From NCBI GenBank assembly GCA_002437905.1, contig DJRT01000014.1, positions 55,917 to 119,916 on the forward strand: DNA of 64,000 bases. Direction: 5' to 3'. Below the pieces are notes generated by a model, which did no database searches, had not been told where the DNA came from, and was given only the letters and a program-made list of their open reading frames with translations. The translations under genes were made by a program, and so were the position numbers. Numbering within the stretch: the stretch's first letter is position 1; each line of letters begins with the position of its first letter. Positions 45,598 to 53,458 of this stretch are shown here, piece by piece. This stretch comes from Ruminococcaceae bacterium UBA6353 (lineage in GTDB: Bacteria; Bacillota; Clostridia; Oscillospirales; Acutalibacteraceae).

Positions 45598-47784
45598 ATG
45601 TCCATAACACATATGCCGCAGGAGCAGCGCTTTTTGCTGCAAACGGAGAATACGGCATACAGCTTTTGCGTGGAGGGCGGGGATTTCCTGCGCCACGAAT
45701 ACTATGGTGAAAAGACGGCCTTTCAGCCGTGCAAGATCAAATGCCGCTCCTTTTCGCCCTATCAGGAACGACTTGGCGGCATCTTTTCCCAGAATACGGA
45801 TCTTCTGGAATTCCCCTTTTTCGGGAGCGGCGATTACCGCTGCAGCGCGCTGAAGCTGCGCGGCATACACGGGGATTGCTGCACCCTCTTTACCTATGAG
45901 AATTATCGCATCTTCCGCGGGCGCGAGACGATCCCCGGTCTGCCGTATGCACGGCCGTCGGCGCAGTGTGAAACACTGGAGCTGGCGCTGCGGGATCCGG
46001 TAAACGCCTGCCGGCTGCTGCTGTACTATACTGTCTTTCCGGAATACGACCTGATCACCCGGCACTTCTGCCTGGAAAACCGCGGAGAGGCCTCTGTTAA
46101 GCTGGAGAAGGCGATGTGCCTGAGCCTGGATCTGCCCGGCCATGCCTATTCGCTGGTATCGCTGCCCGGCGCGTACGCCTATGAGCGCAGTGTGCAGAAG
46201 ATGCCGCTGGGCTTCGGCACGCAGCAGATCACCAGCCGGCGGGGGATGATCGGCCACCAGCAGAACCCCTTTATGGCGCTGGTAGCCGACGGCGCCGATG
46301 AGGAGCATGGTTGTGCCTACGGCTTCAATCTGGTATACAGCGGCTCATTCCTGGATGAGGTGGAGGTCGATTTTCTCGGCAATACGCGGGTGAACATCGG
46401 CCTGGGTGAGGAATGCTTTGCCTGGCTGCTGGGGCCGGGCGAGCGCTTCTGCTCCCCGGAGGCCTACATGGTCTGCTCGGTCGAGGGCCTTGGCGGGATG
46501 TCCCGCCGGATGCACGCCTTTATCCGGGAGCAGATCTCGCCGCCGGAGCCGTTTGAACACCGGCCGGTGGTGCTGAACCCGTGGGAGTCCTGCGCCTTTG
46601 ATATCGATGAGCAAAAGCTGCTGGAGTTTGCCCGGCAGGGGAAAGCCTGCGGGGCGGATATGCTGGTGGTGGACGACGGCTGGTTCGGCGAGCGCAATAT
46701 GGATAATGCCGCCCTTGGCGACTGGTACGCCAACCGCAGAAAATTCCCGGATGGTCTGGCGAGCTTTGCGCACAAGGTGGTGCGCTGCGGCCTGCGCTTC
46801 GGCATTTGGATCGAGCCGGAGATGATCAATCCGGACAGCGACCTGTACCGGGCGCACCCGGACTGGTGCCTTTCCTGCCAGGGGCGCACAAACTCCCTTT
46901 CGCGCAACCAGCTGGTGCTGGATCTGTGCAATCCGGCGGTGCTGGAGTGCCTGAAGGAGCAATTCACGGCGGTGTTTGACGGCGTGCCGCTGTCGTATAT
47001 CAAATGGGACTGCAACCGCAACCTGTCGGAGGTTGGTTCGCCCTATCTGCCGCCGCAGCGGCAGGATGAGGCCTACTACCGTTACCAGCTGGGCGTATAC
47101 GCGCTGATGAACTGGTTCCGTGAGCGGTATCCGGGCGTGATGATCGAGAACTGCAGCGGCGGCGGCGGCCGGTATGACCCGGCCATGATGGCGTATTCCA
47201 CCCAGATATGGACCAGCGATAATACCGAGGTCGAGCCCCGTGTCCGGATCCAGTACGGCACCTCTCTGGCCTATCCGGCCAGCACCATGTCCTGCCATGT
47301 ATCCGACCCGTTCCGCGGCGATATGGAACCCCACCGCCGCCTGCAGAACAAATATGATGTGTCGCTGGCCGGTATGCTTGGCTATGAGCTGGATCTGCCG
47401 AAGATGCCGGAATGGGTGCAGCAGGAGATCCGGCAGCAGATCATCCGCTACCGGCAGATAGAGGAGCTGGTCAAGAGGGGAGATCTTTACCGGCTGGTAT
47501 CGCCGTTTGAAAACAGCCAGGATGTGGCGGCCTATTATTACACCGGCTCCCGCAGCCTGGGGGAGCCGGCCGGCCAGCGGATACTGCTGTCCTTCCTGCA
47601 GCCAATGGCGGCAGGAGGCGTGCAGAGCTTCCCGCTGCCGGTAAGCGTGGCACAGCCCGATGCGATATACCGCGACGCCTTCAGCGGCGAGACGGTCACC
47701 GGCGCGGTGCTGCGTGATGGCTATACCGTGCAGACGGATGCGGAAAATTCGGCCACCCGCGTATGGCTGTGGGAAAAGCAATGA
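45598..47784 (+). CDS. Alpha-galactosidase, glycoside hydrolase family 36
   Basis: ATG at 45598 after GGAGGA. GH36 hallmarks YIKWDCNRN, ENCSGGGGRYD and NPFMALV. 728 aa. Confidence 0.9.
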   Translation: MSITHMPQEQRFLLQTENTAYSFCVEGGDFLRHEYYGEKTAFQPCKIKCRSFSPYQERLGGIFSQNTDLLEFPFFGSGDYRCSALKLRGIHGDCCTLFTYENYRIFRGRETIPGLPYARPSAQCETLELALRDPVNACRLLLYYTVFPEYDLITRHFCLENRGEASVKLEKAMCLSLDLPGHAYSLVSLPGAYAYERSVQKMPLGFGTQQITSRRGMIGHQQNPFMALVADGADEEHGCAYGFNLVYSGSFLDEVEVDFLGNTRVNIGLGEECFAWLLGPGERFCSPEAYMVCSVEGLGGMSRRMHAFIREQISPPEPFEHRPVVLNPWESCAFDIDEQKLLEFARQGKACGADMLVVDDGWFGERNMDNAALGDWYANRRKFPDGLASFAHKVVRCGLRFGIWIEPEMINPDSDLYRAHPDWCLSCQGRTNSLSRNQLVLDLCNPAVLECLKEQFTAVFDGVPLSYIKWDCNRNLSEVGSPYLPPQRQDEAYYRYQLGVYALMNWFRERYPGVMIENCSGGGGRYDPAMMAYSTQIWTSDNTEVEPRVRIQYGTSLAYPASTMSCHVSDPFRGDMEPHRRLQNKYDVSLAGMLGYELDLPKMPEWVQQEIRQQIIRYRQIEELVKRGDLYRLVSPFENSQDVAAYYYTGSRSLGEPAGQRILLSFLQPMAAGGVQSFPLPVSVAQPDAIYRDAFSGETVTGAVLRDGYTVQTDAENSATRVWLWEKQ

Positions 47785-47811
47785 GACCGTAAAATCTGCG
47801 CAGATGAATAA

Positions 47812-47862
47812 AGCACGCCCCGTCGGCACCGGCGAAAGCCGGCCGACGGGGCGTGCTTTTTG
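47812..47862. terminator. Bidirectional terminator between convergent GH36 and GH28-like genes
   Basis: 16-bp stem AGCACGCCCCGTCGGC / GCCGACGGGGCGTGCT followed by TTTTTG, with an A-rich tract on the other side. Confidence 0.85.
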
Positions 47863-47911
47863 CTTTGCAGGGGTATCCCGGCGGACACCGGGAAGAAAGC
47901 ATTGGACGGAA

Positions 47912-49189
47912 TTATTGCGGATCGCCGGCCTGCACCCGGATAGGGGTGCCGCCCTCCACGCAGATCTCTCCCTCGCTCAGGCGCACAAAGTGCGGATCGC
48001 GGAAGCCCTCGATGGTGACATGCTCAAAGTCGATCCGGTCAAAGTTTTTCAGCTGTGCCAGGGCTATGTCGGCGCTGTCCTCCCGCGCGGCCAGCAGGCT
48101 GTCCTTCACCCGCAGGGTGATGCGCTCCTTCTCGTCGCCCCAGACGGTCATGGGGCGGCACAGGCCGGTCACCCGGCAATTCTCAAAGGTGATGTCCGCA
48201 AGGGAGCGGTTGAGGCACCAGCAGTCCTTGCCATTGAAGCACAGGTCAAACAGGTTGTCGGCATTTTCAAAGGTGCAGTTGCGGATGACGATATCACCGG
48301 GGGTGTGCCGGATCTCTGCCCGGAAATCGCAGTAGTACAGGAAGACATTGAGCGTATTGTGCCGGCAGCCCTCATTGGCCTGCACGCCCGCTGCCTTTTG
48401 CTCCCGGCTCAGATCGCCGCGGAAGCCGAAGGCCGCCGGCGCCCAGCCGCGGCAATCCTCCACCAGCACCTTGGTGCCGCCAAAGCGCAGGGCGCTGCAG
48501 GCGGTATTGAACAGGCAGCGGCGCACGGTCACATCGTAGTTGTCAAAGCCGGCCACGCCGTCGTCGCCGGTGTAAAAGGCGCAGTCTTCCACCAGTACCC
48601 GGTCGCAGGTGCGCACATCAAAGCCGTCGTGCCCGCCGTAGACCGTCACATGGCGGATGGTGATATCCTCGGCAATAAAAATGGCGTGTGCCCAGTTGCT
48701 GCTGTTGTAGATGGTGTAGCCCTCCAGGCGGATGTTTTTGCAGCGCTGCATATTGATGGCGTGCGGGCCGCGGTATTCCTCCTCGCCGGTGGGGTCAAAG
48801 CAGTTCATGCCGTTGATATAGGAACCGGGCTCGCCGATGATGGCAATATTCTCCGCATCGATCGCGCGGATCAGCGCGTTATTCCAGCGGCTGCAGGGGT
48901 CCACGGAGCGCTGTTGATCCGCTGTGGCGGCGGCGTCGACCGGCTCGAGGGTATCCTCCAGAAAGGCCAGATACTGCTCCGGGTCGCGGCTGCCCTCCAG
49001 GATGGCACCGGTCTCCAGGTAGAGGGTGGTATTGGAGCGCAGGCGCAGCCCGCCGGTGCGCCAGATGCCCCGCGGTATCCGCACCGTGCCGCCGCCGGCC
49101 AGAAAAACGGCATCCAGCGCCTGCTGGATGGCAGCGGTCTGCAGATCGCCGCCGATATAGGCACCGTAATCGGTGATGGAAACATTCAT
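47912..49189 (-). CDS. Right-handed beta-helix glycoside hydrolase, GH28 (polygalacturonase)-like
   Basis: MNVSITDYGAYIGGDLQTAAIQQALDAVFLAGGGTVRIPRGIW is a typical pectate-lyase-fold N-terminus. GHDGFDV and TGDDGVAG resemble the GH28 NTDG/GDD motifs. The ATG at 49189 follows GGGAGAG. Confidence 0.75.
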   Translation of the reverse strand: MNVSITDYGAYIGGDLQTAAIQQALDAVFLAGGGTVRIPRGIWRTGGLRLRSNTTLYLETGAILEGSRDPEQYLAFLEDTLEPVDAAATADQQRSVDPCSRWNNALIRAIDAENIAIIGEPGSYINGMNCFDPTGEEEYRGPHAINMQRCKNIRLEGYTIYNSSNWAHAIFIAEDITIRHVTVYGGHDGFDVRTCDRVLVEDCAFYTGDDGVAGFDNYDVTVRRCLFNTACSALRFGGTKVLVEDCRGWAPAAFGFRGDLSREQKAAGVQANEGCRHNTLNVFLYYCDFRAEIRHTPGDIVIRNCTFENADNLFDLCFNGKDCWCLNRSLADITFENCRVTGLCRPMTVWGDEKERITLRVKDSLLAAREDSADIALAQLKNFDRIDFEHVTIEGFRDPHFVRLSEGEICVEGGTPIRVQAGDPQ

Positions 49190-49362
49190 AGGTACACTCT
49201 CCCTTTGCTTTTTTCTCATTGTAGCATAGGCGTTTTTTCGCTGTCAACCGCTGCGGGGGAACGAAATTTTTCGTCCTGTGCGGGCACGCTGCGGCAGAGC
49301 CCCGGGCAGTTGACAGCCGTGCGAAAAGACGCTATACTAATGAGCAGGGGAGGAGGAGAGCC

Positions 49363-49842
49363 GTGGAACAGACGAAATGGCACCGCATCGGCAGCTGGGT
49401 GTGGCCGGTGCTGCTGGTGCTGACAACAGCCGCTATCTGGGGGCAATCCCTGATGAGCGGCGAAAGCTCCTCCAACGAAAGCGGTGCCGTGCGGGAGCTG
49501 CTGGTGCGCCTGTTCGGCGAGGGTTTTGTCGGCAGCTTTCTGTACACCTATATCCGCAAGGCGGCGCATTTTACGGAATATATGGTGCTGGGGGCGGAGT
49601 GGACCGCCTTCCGCCTGCACCGCCGTCCCGGCCGGGGTACGGCGTGGCTGTTCTGGGTGGCGGGGCCGCTGACGGCTGTTTGTGATGAGCTGCTGCAGTT
49701 TCTTTCGCCCGGCCGCGGTCCGGCGGTGCGGGATGTGCTGCTGGATTGCAGCGGGTGTGTGTGCGGCTGGCTGGCGGTGTGGCTGCTCTGCCGTTTGCTG
49801 CGGGCTGCTGCCGCCCGCCGAAAAAAACGCCGCGGCAGCTAA
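49363..49842 (+). CDS. VanZ family membrane protein
   Basis: GTG at 49363 after GGAGGAGGAGAG. IRKAAHFTEYMVLGAEW and a C-terminal ELLQFLSPGRGPAVRDVLLD segment are typical of the VanZ-like family. Four TM helices. Confidence 0.8.
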   Translation: MEQTKWHRIGSWVWPVLLVLTTAAIWGQSLMSGESSSNESGAVRELLVRLFGEGFVGSFLYTYIRKAAHFTEYMVLGAEWTAFRLHRRPGRGTAWLFWVAGPLTAVCDELLQFLSPGRGPAVRDVLLDCSGCVCGWLAVWLLCRLLRAAAARRKKRRGS

Positions 49843-49849
49843 AAAAGGC

Positions 49850-49878
49850 TTGCTTTTTCACGCGGTATACAGTATAAT
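49850..49878 (+). promoter_or_regulatory. Promoter of tRNA-Leu
   Basis: TTGCTT (49850-49855), 17-nt spacer, TATAAT (49873-49878), 65 nt upstream of the tRNA. Confidence 0.55.
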
Positions 49879-49942
49879 ACGGGGTAGGCTGCGGCGGCCG
49901 CAGCCCCCCAAAAAATGGCGCAGGAGACGGCGCCGTATATTC

Positions 49943-50029
49943 GCCGGTGTGTTGGAATTGGCAGACGAGACGGACTCAAAATCCGTTGCTGGCAACAGCG
50001 TGCGGGTTCGACCCCCGCCACCGGCACCA
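49943..50029 (+). tRNA. tRNA-Leu (anticodon CAA), class II with long variable arm, CCA encoded
   Basis: Acceptor GCCGGTG/CACCGGC. Anticodon stem ACGGA/TCCGT with loop CTCAAAA. Variable arm TGCTGGCAACAGCGT. T-arm GCGGG TTCGACC CCCGC. Discriminator A followed by CCA. Confidence 0.92.
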
Positions 50030-50035
50030 AAAAGC

Positions 50036-50072
50036 GAGGCTGCGCCCGTCCAGGGCGCGGTCTTGTTTTTTT
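50036..50072 (+). terminator. Terminator of tRNA-Leu
   Basis: CTGCGCCC GTCCA GGGCGCGG hairpin followed by TCTTGTTTTTTT. Confidence 0.75.
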
Positions 50073-50100
50073 GCCATTTGCCGTTCGGGGGTCGAACCGA

Positions 50101-50166
50101 TTCGACACCCCGCCACCGGCACCAAAAAGCAAGGCTGCGCCCGTCCAGGGCGCGGTCTTGTTTTTT
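50101..50166 (+). repeat. Direct repeat of the tRNA-Leu 3' end (T-arm half, acceptor, CCA) plus its terminator
   Basis: 50007-50072 and 50101-50166 are 66-nt copies. They differ by one inserted A, one G/A substitution and one fewer T in the T-run. The second copy lacks the 5' two-thirds of a tRNA. Confidence 0.85.
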
Positions 50167-50194
50167 GCTTCCAACACAGCAATGCATAAAACAT

Positions 50195-50232
50195 AAAATC
50201 CCGGCTGCCGGATATCCGGCTGCCGGGATTTT
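50195..50232. terminator. Strong bidirectional hairpin terminating the orphan minus-strand gene
   Basis: AAAATCCCGGCTGCCGGA / TCCGGCTGCCGGGATTTT pairs at 17 of 18 positions and is flanked by an A-run and a T-run. Confidence 0.75.
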
Positions 50233-50291
50233 GCGGGTTGGCTACAGCAATGGTGTCTTCGCTCCGGCCATGCGGAGCGAATGACGGCTGA

Positions 50292-51536
50292 TCAGGTCGT
50301 GCTTTGCGCTGTGGAGAATTCTTTGCTGAATAGCGGATACCGCTCGGGAGAGGCCACCTTGACTCTCTCCAGGCACGCAAGGTATTCGGGCAAAGCGTCT
50401 TCAAAAGAAAAGTCCTCTGAAGCTGTCTTTTCCAGAAGGGCGGTGATTTCATCGATAGACAGCCGTAATTCCTCGACATTCAGCTTGGAATTCTTAATAT
50501 AGTCCTTGCCATATCCTTTTCCGCGGGATTTGCTGCATCCCAGATCGACTTTCAGTAGATGCAGAAGGCGGTTCATGGAATCTACCAGCTGCTTTTTCTC
50601 TTGGCCGGGTTCCAGACTGCTCAATTGAAATAGCAAATTTACCAGATGTTTTTTATGAGCGATCATCTCATCGTATGTCATCGTCTTCCAAAGCAAACTG
50701 TCTACATAGTCACGGTATTCCTGCTGCAAGGCGTCTTTGCGGGCGATCAGTTCATCCTCCTCCGGGTTGTCACCAGTGGTGGACTCACCCTTGAGCGCAT
50801 CCGCATAGCCAAGGAAACTATTCACATCCTTGAGCTCAAAGGATACAAGACGCTCCCCCCCTTTGGCGAGCTCTTCATATACGCTGTCGTAGTCGTACAG
50901 GAAAGAAACGGCTATTTTGGCCCGTTCCAGATATCCAGGGCATTCGGTCCGTATTTCTTCAAAAGTCATTCCTTCCGAGTCTATTCTTTCCAAAAAGGCA
51001 CTTATTTCATCAATGCAGGCCTTTAGCTCCGGGACATTCACACCATTGCTTGCGATAGCTTCTTCGTATCCCTCCGCTTTGAGATCGTCAATAGAACGCT
51101 GTTTCTCTATCAAATCGGATAAAAGAGATTTCATGCAGTTTTCCAGCAGTTTCTCCGGCGTCGGCCCCGGATCCAATCTCTCCAATTTTTGGTATAAATC
51201 TACCAAATAATTATCATGGGTATACAGTTCGCCGCCCGGCGCGGCTCGGCCGCACAGTGCATCCACATAGTCGCGGTATTCCTGCATCAAGGCGTTTTTG
51301 TAGGCGATTCGCTCGGCCTCCACCGGGTCTTCGTTGCCGGTGATGGTTTCCTCCCGGAAGTCCTTTAGCCTTGCAAGGCTAGTGGCCTTGTCTGCATCGG
51401 TATATAAATAAAACTCAGCGGGTGGAAAAAAGTGGTTGTATACGATAGGGTATACTACAAGACCGGCGTAAACCAGCAATGGGGTTATTAAGACAATGCA
51501 CAGTGCGATAATGATCCACTTTTTCTTTCGGGTCAT
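50292..51536 (-). CDS. Orphan N-terminally anchored protein with an internal tandem duplication of about 175 aa (function unknown)
   Basis: 414-aa ORF in a markedly AT-richer segment. TM anchor WIIIALCIVLITPLLVYAGLVVYPIVY. Two repeats share IA.K.AL.QEYRDYVD.L, LEPG...K.L, NV.EL...IDEI.A.LE and FE....EYL. No family recognised. Confidence 0.7.
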   Translation of the reverse strand: MTRKKKWIIIALCIVLITPLLVYAGLVVYPIVYNHFFPPAEFYLYTDADKATSLARLKDFREETITGNEDPVEAERIAYKNALMQEYRDYVDALCGRAAPGGELYTHDNYLVDLYQKLERLDPGPTPEKLLENCMKSLLSDLIEKQRSIDDLKAEGYEEAIASNGVNVPELKACIDEISAFLERIDSEGMTFEEIRTECPGYLERAKIAVSFLYDYDSVYEELAKGGERLVSFELKDVNSFLGYADALKGESTTGDNPEEDELIARKDALQQEYRDYVDSLLWKTMTYDEMIAHKKHLVNLLFQLSSLEPGQEKKQLVDSMNRLLHLLKVDLGCSKSRGKGYGKDYIKNSKLNVEELRLSIDEITALLEKTASEDFSFEDALPEYLACLERVKVASPERYPLFSKEFSTAQSTT

Positions 51537-51832
51537 TGTTTCAATCCTCCGTTCATGTTAGTTAGTGGGAACCAATGGCTGGCTTTATACATCCTTTTGC
51601 AGCATCTCCTCCTCGCATTATCGCACATGATGCGACAGAGACATAATAAACCCAAAAATATTTTACCACATGGCAGTTCAAGTGTCAATATATGGAATTT
51701 ATTACAATTTTGTAACCAGTGTTGAAAAAACGGAAAGACGGTCGGTGCCGGATAAATCTGCTGATCCCGACGATCGGCAAAGAGCGCCGAAAGCCGGTTT
51801 CTTCCGAGGGCGTACTGCGTGCTTTTATGTGG

Positions 51833-52636
51833 CTATTCCGCGGAGCGATCCCGGTTGTCCGGGTGGCTGATACGCTGCCGGTATTGGCTGGGGGTGCAAT
51901 CCTCTGCCTCCCGGAAGCGCTGGCTGAAATAGGCCTGGGAGGAAAAGCCGCATGCCTGCGCTACCTCGGCCAGCGGCAGATCGGTGGTGCGCAGCAGGGA
52001 GCGGGCGGCCTCCAGACGCCGTCGCTGCAGATAGGTATGCGGAGTTTCGCCGGTCAGGGCAGTGTAGCGGCGGTGAAAATATACGCCGCTGAGGTGGCAG
52101 GCGTCGGCTATGGCCTGCAGGGAGAGGCGGTCGGCATAGTGGTGCTCCATGTACTCCCGCGCCGTACGCACCAGCGGGTCCAGTGGGACACGGCGGTACT
52201 GCTGCTCCTGCAGCAGCAGGCGCAGGCAGGAAAGGATGCCGGCGGCCGTGGCCAGCTCATTTTCCGGGCTTTCGGTGTAGTATTTGTCGCACAGCGCCAG
52301 CATCTGTCGGTACAGCGGCTGCGGGTCGGCCGGCTGCAATACACAGCGGCAGCCGGACAGGCGCTGCTGCAGTGGCCGGTCGTGGAAGCGGAAATGCAGG
52401 AACAATGCCTTGAAATGCAGCTCACTGCAGCGCGTATCCCCCGGCTGCGCCAGCAGCACCATCCCCGCGCGGATGGGGTGTGCTTCGCCGTTGATATAGC
52501 TGACGCCCCCATCCTCCAGAAAAAGCTCCAGCTCATAGTTGGCCACGGTACGCGGCGCGGTCTTTTGCTGATGGGGAAAGTGGCTGCGGGAGCTGAAGAT
52601 GCCGCAGCCGGTCAGAACAGGCAGGTTTTCCAGCAT
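51833..52636 (-). CDS. AraC family transcriptional regulator
   Basis: Only the C-terminal 267 codons of track ORF 51833..53371 are plausible. The ATG at 52636 follows GGAGG. Cupin-like N-domain (YELELFLEDGGVSYINGEAHPIRAGMVLLAQPGD) and AraC HTH (TPHTYLQRRRLEAARSLLRTTDLPLAEVAQACGFSSQAYFSQRFRE). Confidence 0.88.
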   Translation of the reverse strand: MLENLPVLTGCGIFSSRSHFPHQQKTAPRTVANYELELFLEDGGVSYINGEAHPIRAGMVLLAQPGDTRCSELHFKALFLHFRFHDRPLQQRLSGCRCVLQPADPQPLYRQMLALCDKYYTESPENELATAAGILSCLRLLLQEQQYRRVPLDPLVRTAREYMEHHYADRLSLQAIADACHLSGVYFHRRYTALTGETPHTYLQRRRLEAARSLLRTTDLPLAEVAQACGFSSQAYFSQRFREAEDCTPSQYRQRISHPDNRDRSAE

Positions 52637-52780
52637 GAAAAGAGCCTCCAAAAGATAAGATTTTGATAAAACGGCATAGGTTTTTGATAGACATAAGCAA
52701 CCTTTATCCGTATGATAAAATAGTAGCATGGATGCAAAGGAAAGTAAAGCAGAAAAACAAGAAATTGAAAAGGAGCAACA

Positions 52781-53458
52781 ATGAAGATTACTTGGCTTGG
52801 GCAGGCGGGGCTTTTGCTGCAGGGGGCGGGGATCACGGTGATGATTGACCCGTATCTTTCCGACAGTGTGGCGGCGCTGCAGCCGGAAAATCACCGGCGC
52901 CAGCCGGTGGATGAGCGGTTCTTCGCCGTGCAGCCGGATGTGCTGGTGCTGACGCACGACCACCGCGACCACTATGATCCGGAAACGGTGGCCCGCTTCG
53001 TTGGCGCGGACACGGCGGTGACGGTGCTGGCGCCGTCCTCCGTCTGGCCGCAGGTGCGCCGTATCGGCGGCGCCGGGAACAACTATGTGCTGTTTGACCG
53101 GCAGACCGTGTGGAGTGAACGGGGATGGCGGTTTACGGCGGTGCCGGCACAGCACAGCGATCCTGCGGCGATCGGTGTGGTGATTGAGGCGGAGGGCAGA
53201 ACCCTGTATGTGACCGGCGATACACTGTACAGCCACGCCATCTTCGGCGCACTGCCGGAGAAGATCGACGCGGTGTTTCTGCCGATCAACGGGCGCGGAA
53301 ACAATATGAACATCCCGGATGCGGAGGCATTTATCCGGCGGTGCGGCGCGGCGAAGGCGGTGCCGCTGCACTTCGGCCTGTTTGATGAGGTGCGGGGGGA
53401 GGACCTTTCGGGTGAAAATGTCGTTGTACCGAAAATCTGGCAGGAGGTCAAGCTATGA
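52781..53458 (+). CDS. MBL-fold metallo-hydrolase (UlaG-like, candidate lactonase)
   Basis: MKITWLGQAGLLLQ...VLTHDHRDHYD (HxHxDH) and further His/Asp ligand positions. RBS AAAGGAG. Overlaps the next gene by 4 nt (ATGA). Confidence 0.82.
   Translation: MKITWLGQAGLLLQGAGITVMIDPYLSDSVAALQPENHRRQPVDERFFAVQPDVLVLTHDHRDHYDPETVARFVGADTAVTVLAPSSVWPQVRRIGGAGNNYVLFDRQTVWSERGWRFTAVPAQHSDPAAIGVVIEAEGRTLYVTGDTLYSHAIFGALPEKIDAVFLPINGRGNNMNIPDAEAFIRRCGAAKAVPLHFGLFDEVRGEDLSGENVVVPKIWQEVKL

Noticed and set aside
39693-45605. 858-aa and 1097-aa minus-strand ORFs antisense to GLUG-B
   Set aside because: Same artefact. The repeat periodicity and conserved motifs are only meaningful in the plus-strand frame, and the antisense products are Arg/Gly/Ala/His-rich with no signals.
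47660-49423. 587-aa plus-strand ORF overlapping the GH28-like gene, and similar cases (5538..6728, 12211..13419, 19231..20874, 36218..37705, 53083..55449, 55942..57780)
   Set aside because: Each is antisense to a gene with clear family motifs and proper RBS and terminator. Each has no RBS and shows the biased amino-acid composition of a shadow ORF.
49839-50479. Several 80-170-aa ORFs across the tRNA-Leu region
   Set aside because: They run through a well-folded tRNA, two terminators and a palindromic hairpin, so they are not coding.
49943-51730. Integrated prophage or ICE at tRNA-Leu
   Set aside because: No integrase, recombinase or phage or conjugation genes lie between or beyond the repeats. 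Only a 1.6-kb low-GC islet with one orphan gene remains, so I report it as a scar or remnant rather than a mobile element.
52637-53371. N-terminal 245 codons of track ORF 51833..53371 (minus)
   Set aside because: This stretch overlaps the plus-strand MBL gene and the AT-rich promoter region. The recognisable AraC protein begins at the ATG at 52636, which has a GGAGG RBS. The upstream part is Arg/His-rich with no homology features.
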